This document shows positions 50,062 to 62,486 of a stretch of 64,000 nt of DNA, in pieces. The notes beneath the pieces were generated by a model. The model was not told the origin of the DNA. It saw only the letters and a program-made list of their open reading frames with translations, and ran no database searches. Location of the stretch: positions 76,200,001 to 76,264,000 of the forward strand of contig CM059432.1 of the NCBI GenBank assembly GCA_030390025.1. Direction: 5' to 3'. Position numbers and translations under genes: made by a program. The number at the start of each line of letters is the position of its first letter. The first letter of the stretch is position 1. This DNA comes from Squalus acanthias (Eukaryota).

Positions 50062-51038
50062 GGGCTGGATTTTCCTGGGTCCCACCCGCATGGTGCGGGG
50101 GGAGCCGGGAGACAGTGGCAAACCCTCTGGGAGACAGTGGGAAACCCTCTGGGTTAAAACTCCACAGCGTGAGTGTGACGTCAGGGACGGGTTCCCCACC
50201 CGGAGGTCAGCCTGATTAACAGGCTGGCTTCCATTCATGCGGGGAAATCGGAGAAGGAGGCCGCAGGACCAGGTAAGTGTTGGGCCCAGGATGGTGAGGG
50301 CGAGAGGGTCCGAGCCCGGGGTTGGGGGGTGGGGCGGGGGGGTGGTCCGATCCCCGAGCCCGGAGGGGATCTGATTGGAGTTGTGATCCCCAGGAGGGAT
50401 CCGATCTTCGACCCCGGGGCTGAATCGCGACCTCCGGCAGAAGTGGGGGGGGGGGGTCTGATCCCTGTCCCCGGGGTGGAGGGGGGGTGTTGGTGTTGTG
50501 ATCCCCAGGGGGGTTCGATCTCTGACCCCGGGGCTGAATCGCGACCCCCCGGGAGGAGGGGGGGTGGGGTCTGATCCTTGTCCCCGGGGTGGAGGGGGGG
50601 GCGGTGGTGTTGTGATCCCCAGGGGGGTTCGATCCCCAACCCTGAGCCCGAATCGCAATCCCCCAGGGGTGGTGTTCCAGGCGGGCCAGGCTTCTGGTGG
50701 GGAAGCTTGGGGGGCCGGGAGGAAGCACTCCTGCTCCTCCTGGGCCACAAGCATTGCTCCCCAAGGCTGAGGTCGCCTCGTTGCAGCCACCAGGAATCCC
50801 GAGCCCCTGGATTCTCGGCCACCTGCAGTAAAGTAGAGGCTTCAGGCCTCATTATGAGGTTTAAATAGCCAACCCGCCTCTTGGCAGGGGGTTGGCTGCC
50901 CGCCCCCTTGTCCTGCCTGAGTGAAAGGTGAAAGTGGGCGGGTTGGCAGCGGGTTTGGGTCGGGGTTCACATTTTTTCAACTTTCACTTCCCACCCACAC
51001 AGCCAACCCACCCACTCTTACCTCAGAAAATTCCGGCC
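50062..51038. mobile_element. Harbinger-type MITE with internal GC-rich minisatellite
   Basis: TIR gggctggattttc / gaaaattccggcc; about 115-bp units starting at 50380, 50495 and 50609. Confidence 0.8.
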
Positions 51039-51045
51039 ATTATAT

Positions 51046-52936
51046 TAAATAGGATTACATAGGATATACGGCACAGAAACAGGCCATTCGGCCCAACCAG
51101 TCCATGCGGCGTTTATGCTCCACATGAGCCTCCTCCCGTCTTTCCTCATCTATCTCTATCAGTATAACCCTCTATTCCCTTCTCCCTCATATACTGATCT
51201 AACCGCCCCTTAAATGCATCCATACTATTCACTGCAGCCACTCCCTGTGGTAGCGAGTTCCACATTCTCACCACTCTTTGGGTAAAGAAGTTTCTTCTGA
51301 ATTCCCTCTTGGATTTCTTGGTGACTATCTTATATTGATGGCCTCTAGTTATGCTCTTCCCCACACGTGGAAACATTCTCTGTATCTACTCTATCAAAAC
51401 ATAGAAACATAGAAACATAGAAGATAGGAGCAGGAGTAGGCCATTCGGCCCCTCGAGCCTGCTCCGCCATTTAATGAGATCATGGCTGATCATCCAAATC
51501 CAGTACCCTGTCCCTGCTTTCTCCCCATATCCCTTGATCCCTTTAGCCTTAAGAAATATATCTAACTCCTTCTTGAATATATTTAATGAATTGGCCTCAA
51601 CTGCCTTCTGTGGTAGAGAATTCCACAGGTTCACCACTCTCTGGGTGAAGAAATTCCTCCTCATCTCAGTCCTAAATGGCTTACCCCTTATCCTTAGACT
51701 GTGACCCCTGGTTCTGGACTCCCCTGCCATCGGGAACATCCTTCCTGCATCTAGTCTGTCTAGTCCTGTTAGAATTTTATAAGTTTCAATGAGATCCCCT
51801 CTCATTCTTCTAAACTCTAGCGAATACAAGCCCAATCGTCCCAATCTCTCTTCATACGTTATTTCTGCCATCCCAGGTATCAGTCTGGTGAATCTTCGCT
51901 GCACTCCCTCCATGGCAAGAACATCCTTCCTCAGATAAGGCGACCAAAACTGCACACAATACTCAAGGTGTGGTCTCACCAAGGTCCTGTACAACTGCAG
52001 CAAGACATCCTTGCTCCTGTACTCGAATCCTCTCGCTATGGAGGCCAACATACCATTTGCCTTCTTAACCACCTGCTGCACCTGCATGCTTACCTTCAAC
52101 GACTGGTGCACAAGGACTCCCAGGTCTCGTTGTACTTCCCCTTCTCCCAATCTATTGCCATTCAGATAATAATCTGCCTTCCTGTTTTTGCCACCAAAGT
52201 GGATAACCTCGCATTTATCCACATTATACTGCATCTGCCATGCATCTGCCCAATCACCCAACTTGTCCAAATCATACTGGAGTTTCTCTGCATCCTCCTC
52301 ACAACACACACGCCCACCCAGCTTTGTGTCATCTGCAAACTTGGAGATATTACATCTAGTTCCCTCGTCTAGATCATTAATATATATTGTGAATAACTGG
52401 GGTCCTAGCACCGATCCCTTCGGTACCCCACTAGTCACTGCCTGCCACTCGGAAAAAGACCCGTTTATTCCAACTCTTTGCTTCCTGTCTGCCAACCAGT
52501 TCTCTATCCAAGTCAGTACCTTACACCCAATCCCATGTGCTTTAACTTTGCACGCCAATCTCTTATGCGGGACCTTATCAAAAGCCTTCTGAAAGTCCAA
52601 ATACACCACATCCACTGGTTCTCCCTTATCTATTCTACCAGTTACATCCTCAAAAAATTCCAGTAGATTAGTCAAGCATGATTTACCTTTTGTAAATCCA
52701 TGTTGACTTTGTCCGATCCTGTCACTGTTTTCCAAGTGCTCTGCTATTACACCTTTCATAATTTTAAAGACCTCTATTAGGTCACCCCTCAGCCTTCTTT
52801 TTTCAAGTGAAAAGAGACCCAGCCTGTTCATCCTTTCCTGATAGGTATACCCTTGCATTTCTGGTATCATCCTTGTAAATCTTCTCTGCACCCTCTCCAG
52901 TGCCTCTATATCTTTTTTATAATATGGCGACCAGAA
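51046..52936 (-). mobile_element. CR1 family-B 3' fragment split by a family-A CR1
   Basis: Halves 52936-52751 and 51398-51046 rejoin as EVFKIMKG|FDRV; ATCCTATGTA-type tail as at 62342-62361. Confidence 0.88.
51399..52750 (-). mobile_element. CR1 family-A 3' fragment with uninterrupted RT frame
   Basis: Nearly identical to 43202-44544 in inverted orientation; (catagaaa)3 tail. Confidence 0.95.
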
Positions 52937-54104
52937 TATAAATGCAAGTCTTTCTTTCTGTTTAAAATACATGTTAAATACCACCCTGGCATAGCTGAGG
53001 CATTGCACGCTGGATTTATACAGCCTGCACACCTCTCAGTATGCAAATTATTTTACTGAGCGGTGCCAGTGTCACAATATCATGGCATACAGATGTCCCA
53101 CCTCACCTTGCATCAGAACGGAGCCTTCAGAATTTCGGGTTCCATCGATCTAGTGGGTTATGACACTTACTAGAGCTTGATGAATGTTAATGGTTTTGAC
53201 AGTTGTATCCAAGTGCCATACAGCTCCTCTTTTGCTACTTAGAGTTGAAGCTAGCCATGAAGTTATTTAACAGAACGTATTTAATTGCCATTTTCGGACA
53301 ATCGTAATAATAGTGGTGTAAGGCTTTGTTCTTCAACAAGAAATCAATTTTCTTTTTTCTAATGCTCTTGGTGAGATGTATCATTCTCTTCATGCTGTTT
53401 AATATATTTGGATAGTTGTCATTCAGAATTAAGCTTTTTTTTCTTGTTCTCAACTTTAATTATGATGACAAAACCTATAACTCTTGGAAAGACCTCCTAT
53501 TCCCCTTTTATATTCGCTCAGCTCTTGTCACACAAGCTCCAGAATTCTAACAGTAATTAATGTCTGCCTGCCAACTGAATCAGTAATGGTTTCAAAATGA
53601 ACCCTTCTTTGTATCTTTTGATGTTGAGACTCTGTTTCAAGGGTAGCAATTAAATTGTCTAGGCTTTGAATTCCAGATTTTCTGCCCCCTTCTATGCACT
53701 AATTTATTGACAAATCCACTCCTTCATTTAGCTCTGACAAGCTAATGGGAGGACCACACGGTGCCTGTAATTTTTTCCAGTCCCTCTGATATGTGGCGAA
53801 AAAAGAAGCAGGTTTTACTTAAAAATAGATTCACTAATGTATCTCTGATCTTAGGTCAAAAGCAGGTGGGTGACTATACTTCAGCACAATAAAGAAAATG
53901 TCAAATGCTGATTTGGATTTCAGTTACAATATACTGATATTTTTTAACTTTAAAACTGTTAACAGATTAGCGTAATAAAAATAGTTGGTCAACTGCTATG
54001 GGATGAAAAGCAGATACAGAAGTTATTCGATTCTGGAGGATCATGGCTAACTGCATTCTAGAATTAGAGAAAGGGCATGATACAAATCTGTACTTAGATT
54101 GGAG

Positions 54105-54214
54105 AACAACAGAACTAAAACAGATTATCTGGTCATTATCTCATTGCTGTTTGTGGACCATGCTGTATGCAAATTAACTGTTGCGTTTCCCTACATTACA
54201 ACAGTGACTACAGT
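54105..54214 (+). mobile_element. Deu-SINE internal fragment
   Basis: cagattatctggtcattatctcattgctgtttgtgg...cctacattacaacagtgact. Confidence 0.8.
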
Positions 54215-54264
54215 GCCTGTCTTTTGAGATTTTCAGTTATTATTTTCACCATTCAACTATAAAT

Positions 54265-54575
54265 GACTAAAGCAGCTGCACTGTAGGTATGCTCATGTTT
54301 GCAGCTCTCGGACTTGAGGGAGCAAAGATGGGAGCTGTACTGGGGAAACGGCAGGGATGGGGATAAAGCAGCAATGTGGAGGTGAGGGACTTGTTGAGCA
54401 ATTCAACAGCTGCAGAGGTATTGTGGTGAATGGAGGGCCAAAGGACAGGTAATTGGGAGTTTGAGAGTGCAGTTGTAAGAAACTCGAGGAAGAGATTTTT
54501 CTGGGGCGGATGTAAAAGGAAGTGGGGTTGAAAGAGGGTAGAAGGATATGAGTGGTAATAAGGCACCAGAGCCAC
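54265..54575 (-). mobile_element. L2 ORF2 fragment
   Basis: Reverse complement resembles 28560-28820 (AAVELLNKSLTST). Confidence 0.65.
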
Positions 54576-54584
54576 CCTCTAGCG

Positions 54585-56030
54585 ATTAATACCAGTGAGG
54601 AACCCCAAATGGAGGCTTAGAGAAAATACAATGAAGCTTATGCCCCCCACCCAAATACTGGTAGAACATACAATTAGCATGTTGAAATAGATTTTAGGAT
54701 AAATCAGGTGGGGTACTGACCTACAGCCCAGAGAAGATTTTGTCTGCTATGTCTTGCATAATTTTACTATTTAGAGAGGGGAACCCAGTCAGCCACAAGA
54801 CTAGAAAATTTGACCTCAGTCTTGACAAAGAGGAGGAAAAGAAAGAAGAGGAGGAGGATGATGAAATGGCTGAGGATATTATGTAGCCAGGAAGACTGGT
54901 GCATCAAACATTGACAGCATTTTCATGTGGAAGTTCTATAGTCTTTTCTATACTATACTAGCCCTATTGCCAACATGCAGGACCTAATCATAACTGCTTT
55001 TACTATAATCCCTGCATTTTTCCCCCACCAGCGACAGTCATAGAGTGACATACTTACTACTTTGGGTGGATGTGCCTGTCTGTAACTCAGAGTGGGGATA
55101 ATTTTGATGTTCAGTGATGTTGTTATATGGACGATATTTGATTGGGCGCCCATTATACGCCCCACCCCATTATCCTTTCCATTGAAGATGTGTGCGATTG
55201 GCTGAGTGCTTTCCAGGCTGCACTGCTAATGTGGCATCAAGCTGTGGGCTCAATAATTGTTACATGGGTAGTACAGGCAGTGCTTCTTTTTGAGTGGGCT
55301 CATTTTAGTCAACACTGCCTTGGCACTCTTTCTCAGTCCAGGCAACGCTTTCCTAATTTTCTCCATGACCCATGGATGTGGAAGATTATATTGACATGGC
55401 TGTCCACCCTCTGCCATGCTTTCTTCCATGTTGTTGGGTGGGAGGATTTACCTCATGTGTCAGCTGTGGCTCAGTTGGTAGCACTCTCGTCTACTAAGTT
55501 AGAAGGTTGTGGGTTCAAGTCCCAGTACAGAGACTTGAGCACAAAAATCTAGGCTGACACTCCAGTGCAGTGCTGAGGGAGTGCTGCACTGTTGGAGGTG
55601 CCGTCTTTCAGATGAAACATTAAACCAAGGCCCCTTCTGCTCTCACAGGTGGACGTAAAAGATCCCATGGCACTATTTCAAAGAAGAGCAGGGGAGTTGT
55701 CCCCAGTGTCCTAATCAATATTTATCCCTCAATCAACATCACTAAAATGACAGATTATCTGGTCATTAGCACATTGCTGTTTTTGGGAGCTTGCTGAGTG
55801 TAAATTGGCTGCCGCGTTTCCTACATTACAACAGTGACTAAACTTCAAAAAGTACATCATTGGTTGTAAAGCGCTTTGGGATGTCCTGAGGTCGTGAAAG
55901 GCGCTATATAAATGCAAGTCTTTCTTTCTCTAGGCCAGAAATGGCCGCATTACTCTCCTGTAACTTCACCAATAGCAGATCCAGCCTTTTTTCTGTGAAG
56001 GCATTTCACAGAACGTGGCTGCAGACATCT
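54585..56030. mobile_element. Ancient Harbinger relic: transposase C-terminus (+, about 54590-54925) and Myb exon 1 (-, about 56030-55320, split by SINE)
   Basis: PVRNP..RKYNEAY..VEHTISMLK..SGGVLTYSPEK..LHN then an acidic tract; minus FTEKRLDLLL..|..TWKKAWQRV..SWRKLGKR. Confidence 0.65.
55457..55929 (+). mobile_element. Complete Deu-domain SINE (SacSINE1/AmnSINE1-like)
   Basis: tggctcagttggtag A box, ggttcaagtcc B box, Deu core, L2-like tail ggcgctatataaatgcaagtctttctttc. Confidence 0.9.
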
Positions 56031-57010
56031 TTTTTCTTCACAGTGGAACAATAATCAGGCTGGATGAAAAATGAACAGCAGCCCTTTAAGAGCTGCAAGA
56101 CTTCTAATTCGCTACCCATCAGTTGAGGAGAACAACACGTAAGGTGCATATTTAAATGATTAAAAGTAACAGACCTTGCTGAATCCGATGAGTGCACAGG
56201 CCACAGCTCAGTGCCGTGATCGAGGTTACATTTTCCCCGTGCTCAGTGGATTGGGCCTTTAATGACTTTCTTAAAGAAGCAACATTTTCATTTAAAAAGT
56301 GTTGACAAACTTTCACTTATTTACGAATCGATATTGTGATGAATACAAATCACATTGAAACATCTTCATGTTACTTGCATGCCATGTCATCAGGTTGAAA
56401 TTGACCGTGGACTCTTGCAAAAGCACGCTTCAAATCCAGATCCCAAGTTTGAATTCTAAAGGAATGTAAGGCTATAACGATGGATACCAGTGGTGTAGTG
56501 ACGGCATGAACAAGATTTATTTTGTAGGGGCTGTAGAAAGCACGCTCCCCTCAGAAAACTTTGATTTCGTACACTTTATTTTGCAGCATTTTGGAACAGA
56601 CTTATAATGTGTCAGTAAATATTTTATGATGTATGCGCTACTTCATGATGTGGAAAAACACACCATACAATTAAAACACACAAAGCGGACTCCCTGACAG
56701 CTCAGTGAGTAAATCCCATGAGTGGCTAAGCCATACAGACCAGGAAGGCCAACCAACCATTACATAAAATTACATAGGCCGTGAAATTCGGCACCTTAGC
56801 GCCGGCTGTTATGGCCAGTTTGAAGGAAAAAATTGCGCTCGCCACGCTTCCGCCGACATCCACCACAGCCCGCACTGGTCACTATCTTGGGAAGGGCGAT
56901 AGCGTGGCCATTGCCTGTGGTGCCGGGAGAAATCAAATGAGGCAGATCGTGACGTCAATCAGTGTTGGCTCTTAAAGGAAGGCCTATGACTACACCACTT
57001 GCTCTCAGTC

Positions 57011-58061
57011 ATGGGGTCTCTAGTTGCAGTACCCCTCGCGCTGCAGCATGACAAGGAGATGGAGCAGCGGCAGCAAAGACAAGCTGCTCGCAGAGGGAGC
57101 AGGAGGAGGGGGAGGAGGGCTCTCAGCAGGAGGCCTTACCCACCTAGGATCTTCAGGGAGCACTTCTACCTGCACCTAAGCTGGGAGCAGTGTATTGAGA
57201 GCCTCCGCTTCACCAAGGAGGTGGTCACAGAATTTTTTCATCAGCGGATCCTTCCAGGCTGGAGCAGGCGACATAGCTAACATATCGTTGTTCACCATCC
57301 ATTGCTGCATCCTGAAGGTCACAGAGGCTCTGTATTCCAGGAGAAGGGACTTCATTGTCTTCTATCTGAACAGAGAGAAGCAGGAGGAGTGCTCACGAGG
57401 TTTTGCCAGAATATCGGGCCTCCCCATGGTGCAGGGTGCCATCGACTGCAGGTGCTGTATATCAATGCTGAAATGTACCATAACCGCAAAGGTTACCACT
57501 CTCTTAATGTGCAGTTGGTGTGTGACCACGCCCAACATATCATGATGGTGAATGCCCGATATCTTGACAGCAGTCATGATGCCTTCATCCTGCGCCAGTG
57601 TGATGTGCCGGTGTGCCAGCAATCTTCCAGCCACCACGTCCAACCTGAGGGTGGCTGCTCGGCAACACGGGCTATCCGCTCTAGACCTGGCAGATGACAC
57701 CTCCGCAACCCCACCACTTGTGGCCAGTAATCATATAATGAGAGCCATGCTGCCACGAGGAACCTCATCGAGCAGACCATCGGGGTGCTGAAGCAACGCT
57801 TCCGCCTCATTGACCATTCAGGAAGAGCCCTCCATACTCGCTTTAGCATGTGTCCCAACTCTTGGTGGTTTGCTGCATCGTCCACTACTTGGCCATCATG
57901 AAGGCACAGCCCTTCCCAACATGGGTTCTGGGACCACCTCAGGAGGAGGAGGAGGAGGAAGAGGAAGAGAAGGAAGAAGAGGAGGAAGTAGGAGGCAGCC
58001 TGTAAATCCCTGTTCCAGATGGGCTGTCCGTGAACGCATCATCAGACTCCAGTTCCCTTGA
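57011..58061 (+). pseudogene. Harbinger transposase
   Basis: RRPYPPRIFRE, LRFTKEVV, GSFQ, QGAIDC, NRKGYHSLNVQLVCD, SSHDAFIL, IEQTIGVLKQRF. Confidence 0.9.
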
Positions 58062-58123
58062 CTGAAACCCAGGTCCCCATTGCTCAACATTTGCCCACCT
58101 TATCATCCCCACCTTACCATCCC

Positions 58124-61100
58124 GGAAAAGGTAAATAGGGAGATGGCAACGGCTTTAAACAAGTAAGATGGGGGGAGGGGTCTACAAGAAATTTAACCAG
58201 CCTAAATATAGACAAAACAGGAAAAGAGAGCATAGGAAAGAATAAAGTAAGGGAGGACATTGATGGCAAGGGAATAAATAGACTTATAGAACAGGAGTCT
58301 AAAAAGATGGTTGAACATAAATTGAGAGGAAATCCTATTAAAAATGAGTTAATCTGTCTGTACAGCAATGCACACAGTGTCCGTACTAAAACAGGGGAGC
58401 TGGAGGTAATCATGCGTTGCGAGGAACCAGACATAGTAGGGATTACTGAGACATGGCTACAGAAAAATCAGGACTGGGAATTAAACATTGCAGGGTATAA
58501 CATATTTAGAAAAGATACGGAGGGAAAAAGGGGAGATGGAGTAGCTGTACTTATTAGTGATAACATAATGGCAGTAGAAAAAAGTGACGCAGATATCAGC
58601 AAGACAAAAATAGAATCCATATGGATAGAGATAAAAGATAATAAAGGATCAATCACACTAATAGGCGTAGTCTACAGACCACCTAATAGTGGAAGGGAGG
58701 TAGAGGAAGAAATATGTAGACAAATTAGGGAAATGAGTAAAAAACATAGACTAATAATCATGGGGGATTTCAACTACCCCGATATTAATTGACAGAAGAG
58801 ATAGGTAAAGGGGATAAGGGAATGGAATTCCGACAATGTGTACAGGACTCCTTTCTAACCCAATATGTAAAAAGCCCAACAAGGGAGGATTCGCTATTGG
58901 ATCTAGTAATGGGGAAGGAACCAGAGCAGATAAGAGAAGTAAAAGTACGGGAAATCTAGGCAATAGTGACCATAATATAATACGCTTTAAGATGATAATT
59001 GAGAAGGACATAAGTATGATGAAAACCAGGTTAATAGATTGGAGAAAAGCTGATTTTGAGGAGCTGAACATAGAATTTAGGAAAAAAAATGGGCAACAAT
59101 ATTGGCAAACAACAACGTAGAACAGCAATGGGAAACATTTAAAATGGTGTTCAACAGAGTGCAGGAAAAATATATTCCGCTGAAAGGAAAGAACAAACTA
59201 AACAATAATGAGACTCCATGGATGAATAAAGCCAGAAGGGAACAATTGAGGTTAAGGAAAGAGGCATACATTAAGTACATAGACAGCAGGGGAGTGCATG
59301 ATAAGGGAGAGTATGAAAAGATTGGAAGAGAAGTCAAAAAAACAATTAGGGAGGCAAAGAGGAACTATGAAATTAAATTATCAAGGAACATAAAACAAAA
59401 TAGTAAAATATTTTACAAGCACATCAATAAAAAAGGAAGGTTGGGATGGGAATAAGACCATTAAGGGATAGATTGGATAATACCACAGGTAACAATAGAG
59501 AGATGGCAGAAATATTAAATAATTATTTCACTTCGGTGTTTACCAGGGAGACAGAACAGGTGGACATGACATTGGATGATGAGATTAATAATGAGATAAC
59601 TGCATTTAAAATTTAAAAGGGGATATATTAAATAAACTAATCAAACTCAAAGAGGATAAAACCCCTGGTCCGGATAGATTGCATCCACGTATTTTAAAAG
59701 AATCTAGGGAAGAGATAGCAGAGGCATTACTACGCATATTTAATAATTGATTAGAAAAGGGTGGAGTGCTAGAGGACTGGCGGATAGCTAACGTAATACT
59801 GATATTTAAGAAGGGGGAGAGAACATGTCCAGGGATTATAGACCAGTCAGCTTAACATCAGTGGTAGGAAAAAATAATGGAATCCCTACTAATGGAGAAA
59901 ATAGAAGAACATCTAGAAACCAAAAATATAATAATGAATAGTCAGCATGGATTTCAAAAGGGAAAGACTTGCTTGACCAACCTTATTGAATTTTTTGAAG
60001 AGGTAACAGAGAGAGTAGACAATGGTAATGTAGTAGATGTAATTTATCTAGATTTTCAAAAGGCCTTCGATAAAGTACCCCATAATAGACTGATGAACAA
60101 GGTCAGAAAATGCAGAGTCAGGGGACAAGTAGCAGAATGGATAGCTAGCTGGCTTCAGGACAGAAAGCAGAGAGTAGGGGGGAGAAATTCGGTATCGCCC
60201 CATTTGGGGTGCAATTATCGGCCGGGCGCAAAGATTAGCGCCTGGCGCTAATTATCGCCACCGACTGCAAACTTGACTTTTATCGCCCCTGGAGGTGATT
60301 GGAGCGCTAAATCAGGCGCGTCACACCTGTCTTAAGGCGCAAAGGCCGAGGAGCGAGGCGCTACCGAGGAGCGCTGGCGAAGCTCATGTGATGTCAGTCA
60401 GCAGTGGAACACACACACAATGGTGCGGGCCAGTTCTTAAAGGGGATGGTTGATCTTGCTTTCCATCCACATCCTGCTCATTGCAGCCTTGAATCTCGGC
60501 CTGGAGAGACCTGCACATCAAATCTGCTGGAAAGAACAATGGAGAGTACCAGGGAAAGAGCTCAGAGTGCAGCCCTCACAGTCTCTTCTAAATCGATACA
60601 AGGAAGGGTAAATCAAAATGAACCTGCAAAGTGCTGCTCAGTACCCAAAACTCCTTCACACAGCGTTGAATCTCTCCAGAAGTCTCTCTCTCTCTCTCAG
60701 AATGCGTGGTGCAAAAATGTCACCAACAATAAAAGGCAGGAAGCGGTCGCCTTTAAATAGCGCTCCCCAAGTCCCTTCCTGACTGCAAAACGCTCACCTC
60801 AACCAGTCATTGCTAGCGGCAGGCGGTAAGGCAGGGGGCACCACTCAATATCCGCTCCGGGGCGATACCGGGGCGTTGCGCACTCGACTGACGTCACGAT
60901 CTGCCGACCCAGGAGATCGTGGCGGTAGTGTTTAGCGCCGCCGCAAAATGTCCAGTTAATTTCGCGAGTGCCGCAAACATCGCCGCGCCCGGGGCGCTAG
61001 ATGCTTTGCGCCCCATTAGCGCCCTCTTAAGGCACTAACGGGAGGCGCAACCAACTGAATTTTTCCCCCTAGGAGTAAAGGATAGCTATTCACAGTGGCA

Positions 61101-62361
61101 GAAGGTGGGTACTGGTGTTCCACAAGGATCAGTGCTGGGACCACAATTTACATTAACGATTTAGACTTTGGAATCAAAAACACAATTTCTAAATTTGCGG
61201 ATGAAACCAAATTGGGGGGGGGATAGTCAATATTGAGGAGGACTGCAACAAGTTACAGGAGGACATGAATAAACTTGCAGAATGGGCATATAATTGGCAA
61301 ATGAAGTTCAACACAGATAAATGTGAGGTATTACATTTTGGTAGGAAGAGTAGGGTTCCACTTGGAGGGTGCGAGTCTAGGTGGGGTAGAGGAACAAAGG
61401 GATCGAGGAGTACAAATACACAAATCACTAAAAGTTGTGACAGAAGTTAGCAAGGCCATAAAAAAAGCAAACCAAGCACTAGGGTTTATTTCTAGAGGTA
61501 TAGAATTGAAAAGTAGGGAAGTTATGCGAAACATTGGTGGTAGGAAAAATAATGGAATCCCTACTAAAGGAAAAAATAGAAGAACATCTAGAAAAATAAG
61601 GAGGTCACATATTACTTGGAAAAAAAGAATCTAAATGGGGGAGAAGAGCAAAGGGATCTCAGAATCCAAATACACAAATCACTAAAAGTAGTGATGCAGG
61701 TTAAAAAACAAACCAAGCACTTGGGTTTATTTCTAGAGGTATAGAATTGAAAAGTAGAGAAGTTACGCTATACCTGTATTGAACCTTGGTTAGACCACAC
61801 TTAGAGTACTGCGTACAGTACTGGTCGCCATATTATAAAAAGGATAGAGAGCCACTGGAGAGGGTGCAGAGAAGATTTACAAGGATGATACCAGAAATGC
61901 CAGAGGGTATACACATCAGGAAAGGATGAACAGGCTGGGTCTCTTTTCTCTTGAAAAATGAATGTTGAAGGGTGACCTAATAGAGGTCTTTAAAATTATG
62001 AAAAATTTTGATAGAGTGGATACAGAGAGAATGTTTCCACTTTTGGGGAAGAGCATAACTAGAGGCCATCAATAAGATAGTCACCAAGAAATCCCAACAG
62101 GGAATTCAGAAGAAACCTCTTTACCCAAAGAGTGGTGAGAATGTGGAACTCGCTACCACAGGGAGTGGTTGAAGCGAATAGTATAGATGCATTTAAGGGG
62201 AGGCTAGACAAGCATATGAGGGAAAAGGGAATAGAGGGTTATGCTGATAGATTTAAATGAGGAAAGATGGGAGGAGGCTCGTGTGGAGCACAAACGCCGG
62301 CATTGACTGGTTGGGCCGAATGGCCTGTTTTTGTGCCGTATATCCTATGTAATCCTATGTA
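58124..62361 (+). mobile_element. CR1 family-B, ORF2 (APE and RT) decayed
   Basis: GITETWL, YRPP, MGDFNYP, QHGF, LDFQKAFD; tail (atcctatgta)2; apparent TSD atccc (58119-58123 / 62362-62366). Confidence 0.92.
60178..61069. mobile_element. Harbinger deletion derivative/MITE (GGGGG-TIR family) in the CR1 RT
   Basis: TIR gggggagaaattc / gaatttttccccc; TSD TAG; retains a Myb-like start MESTRERA at 60539. Confidence 0.92.
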
Positions 62362-62486
62362 ATCCCTTTGTCACAGAACATCACAGGGTCCTCTTGGACA
62401 GAATGCTGAAATGAAAGCCACCACAAAACAAACATTACAAACATAATTTATAAATTGATAATTCCAATATAACATTACAAAGTCAA

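Noticed and set aside
50014..50868. Long Pro/Gly-rich ORFs on both strands
   Set aside because: By-product of a GC-rich minisatellite lacking stop codons.
51386..53032. 548-aa reverse transcriptase gene
   Set aside because: Chance in-frame fusion of two nested 5'-truncated CR1 fragments; no endonuclease or RT N-terminus.
53235..53453. 72-aa minus ORF in unique AT-rich sequence (similarly 17768-17968)
   Set aside because: No convincing splice signals or recognisable homology.
49658..55530. tRNA genes at about 49660 and 55460
   Set aside because: The A/B boxes are SINE heads continuous with the Deu-domain body; no complete cloverleaf.
56488..56600. Possible hAT/Tip100-like terminal relic (cagtggtgtag...ctcccctcagaaaa)
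   Set aside because: Resemblance from memory only; no second TIR or 8-bp TSD found.
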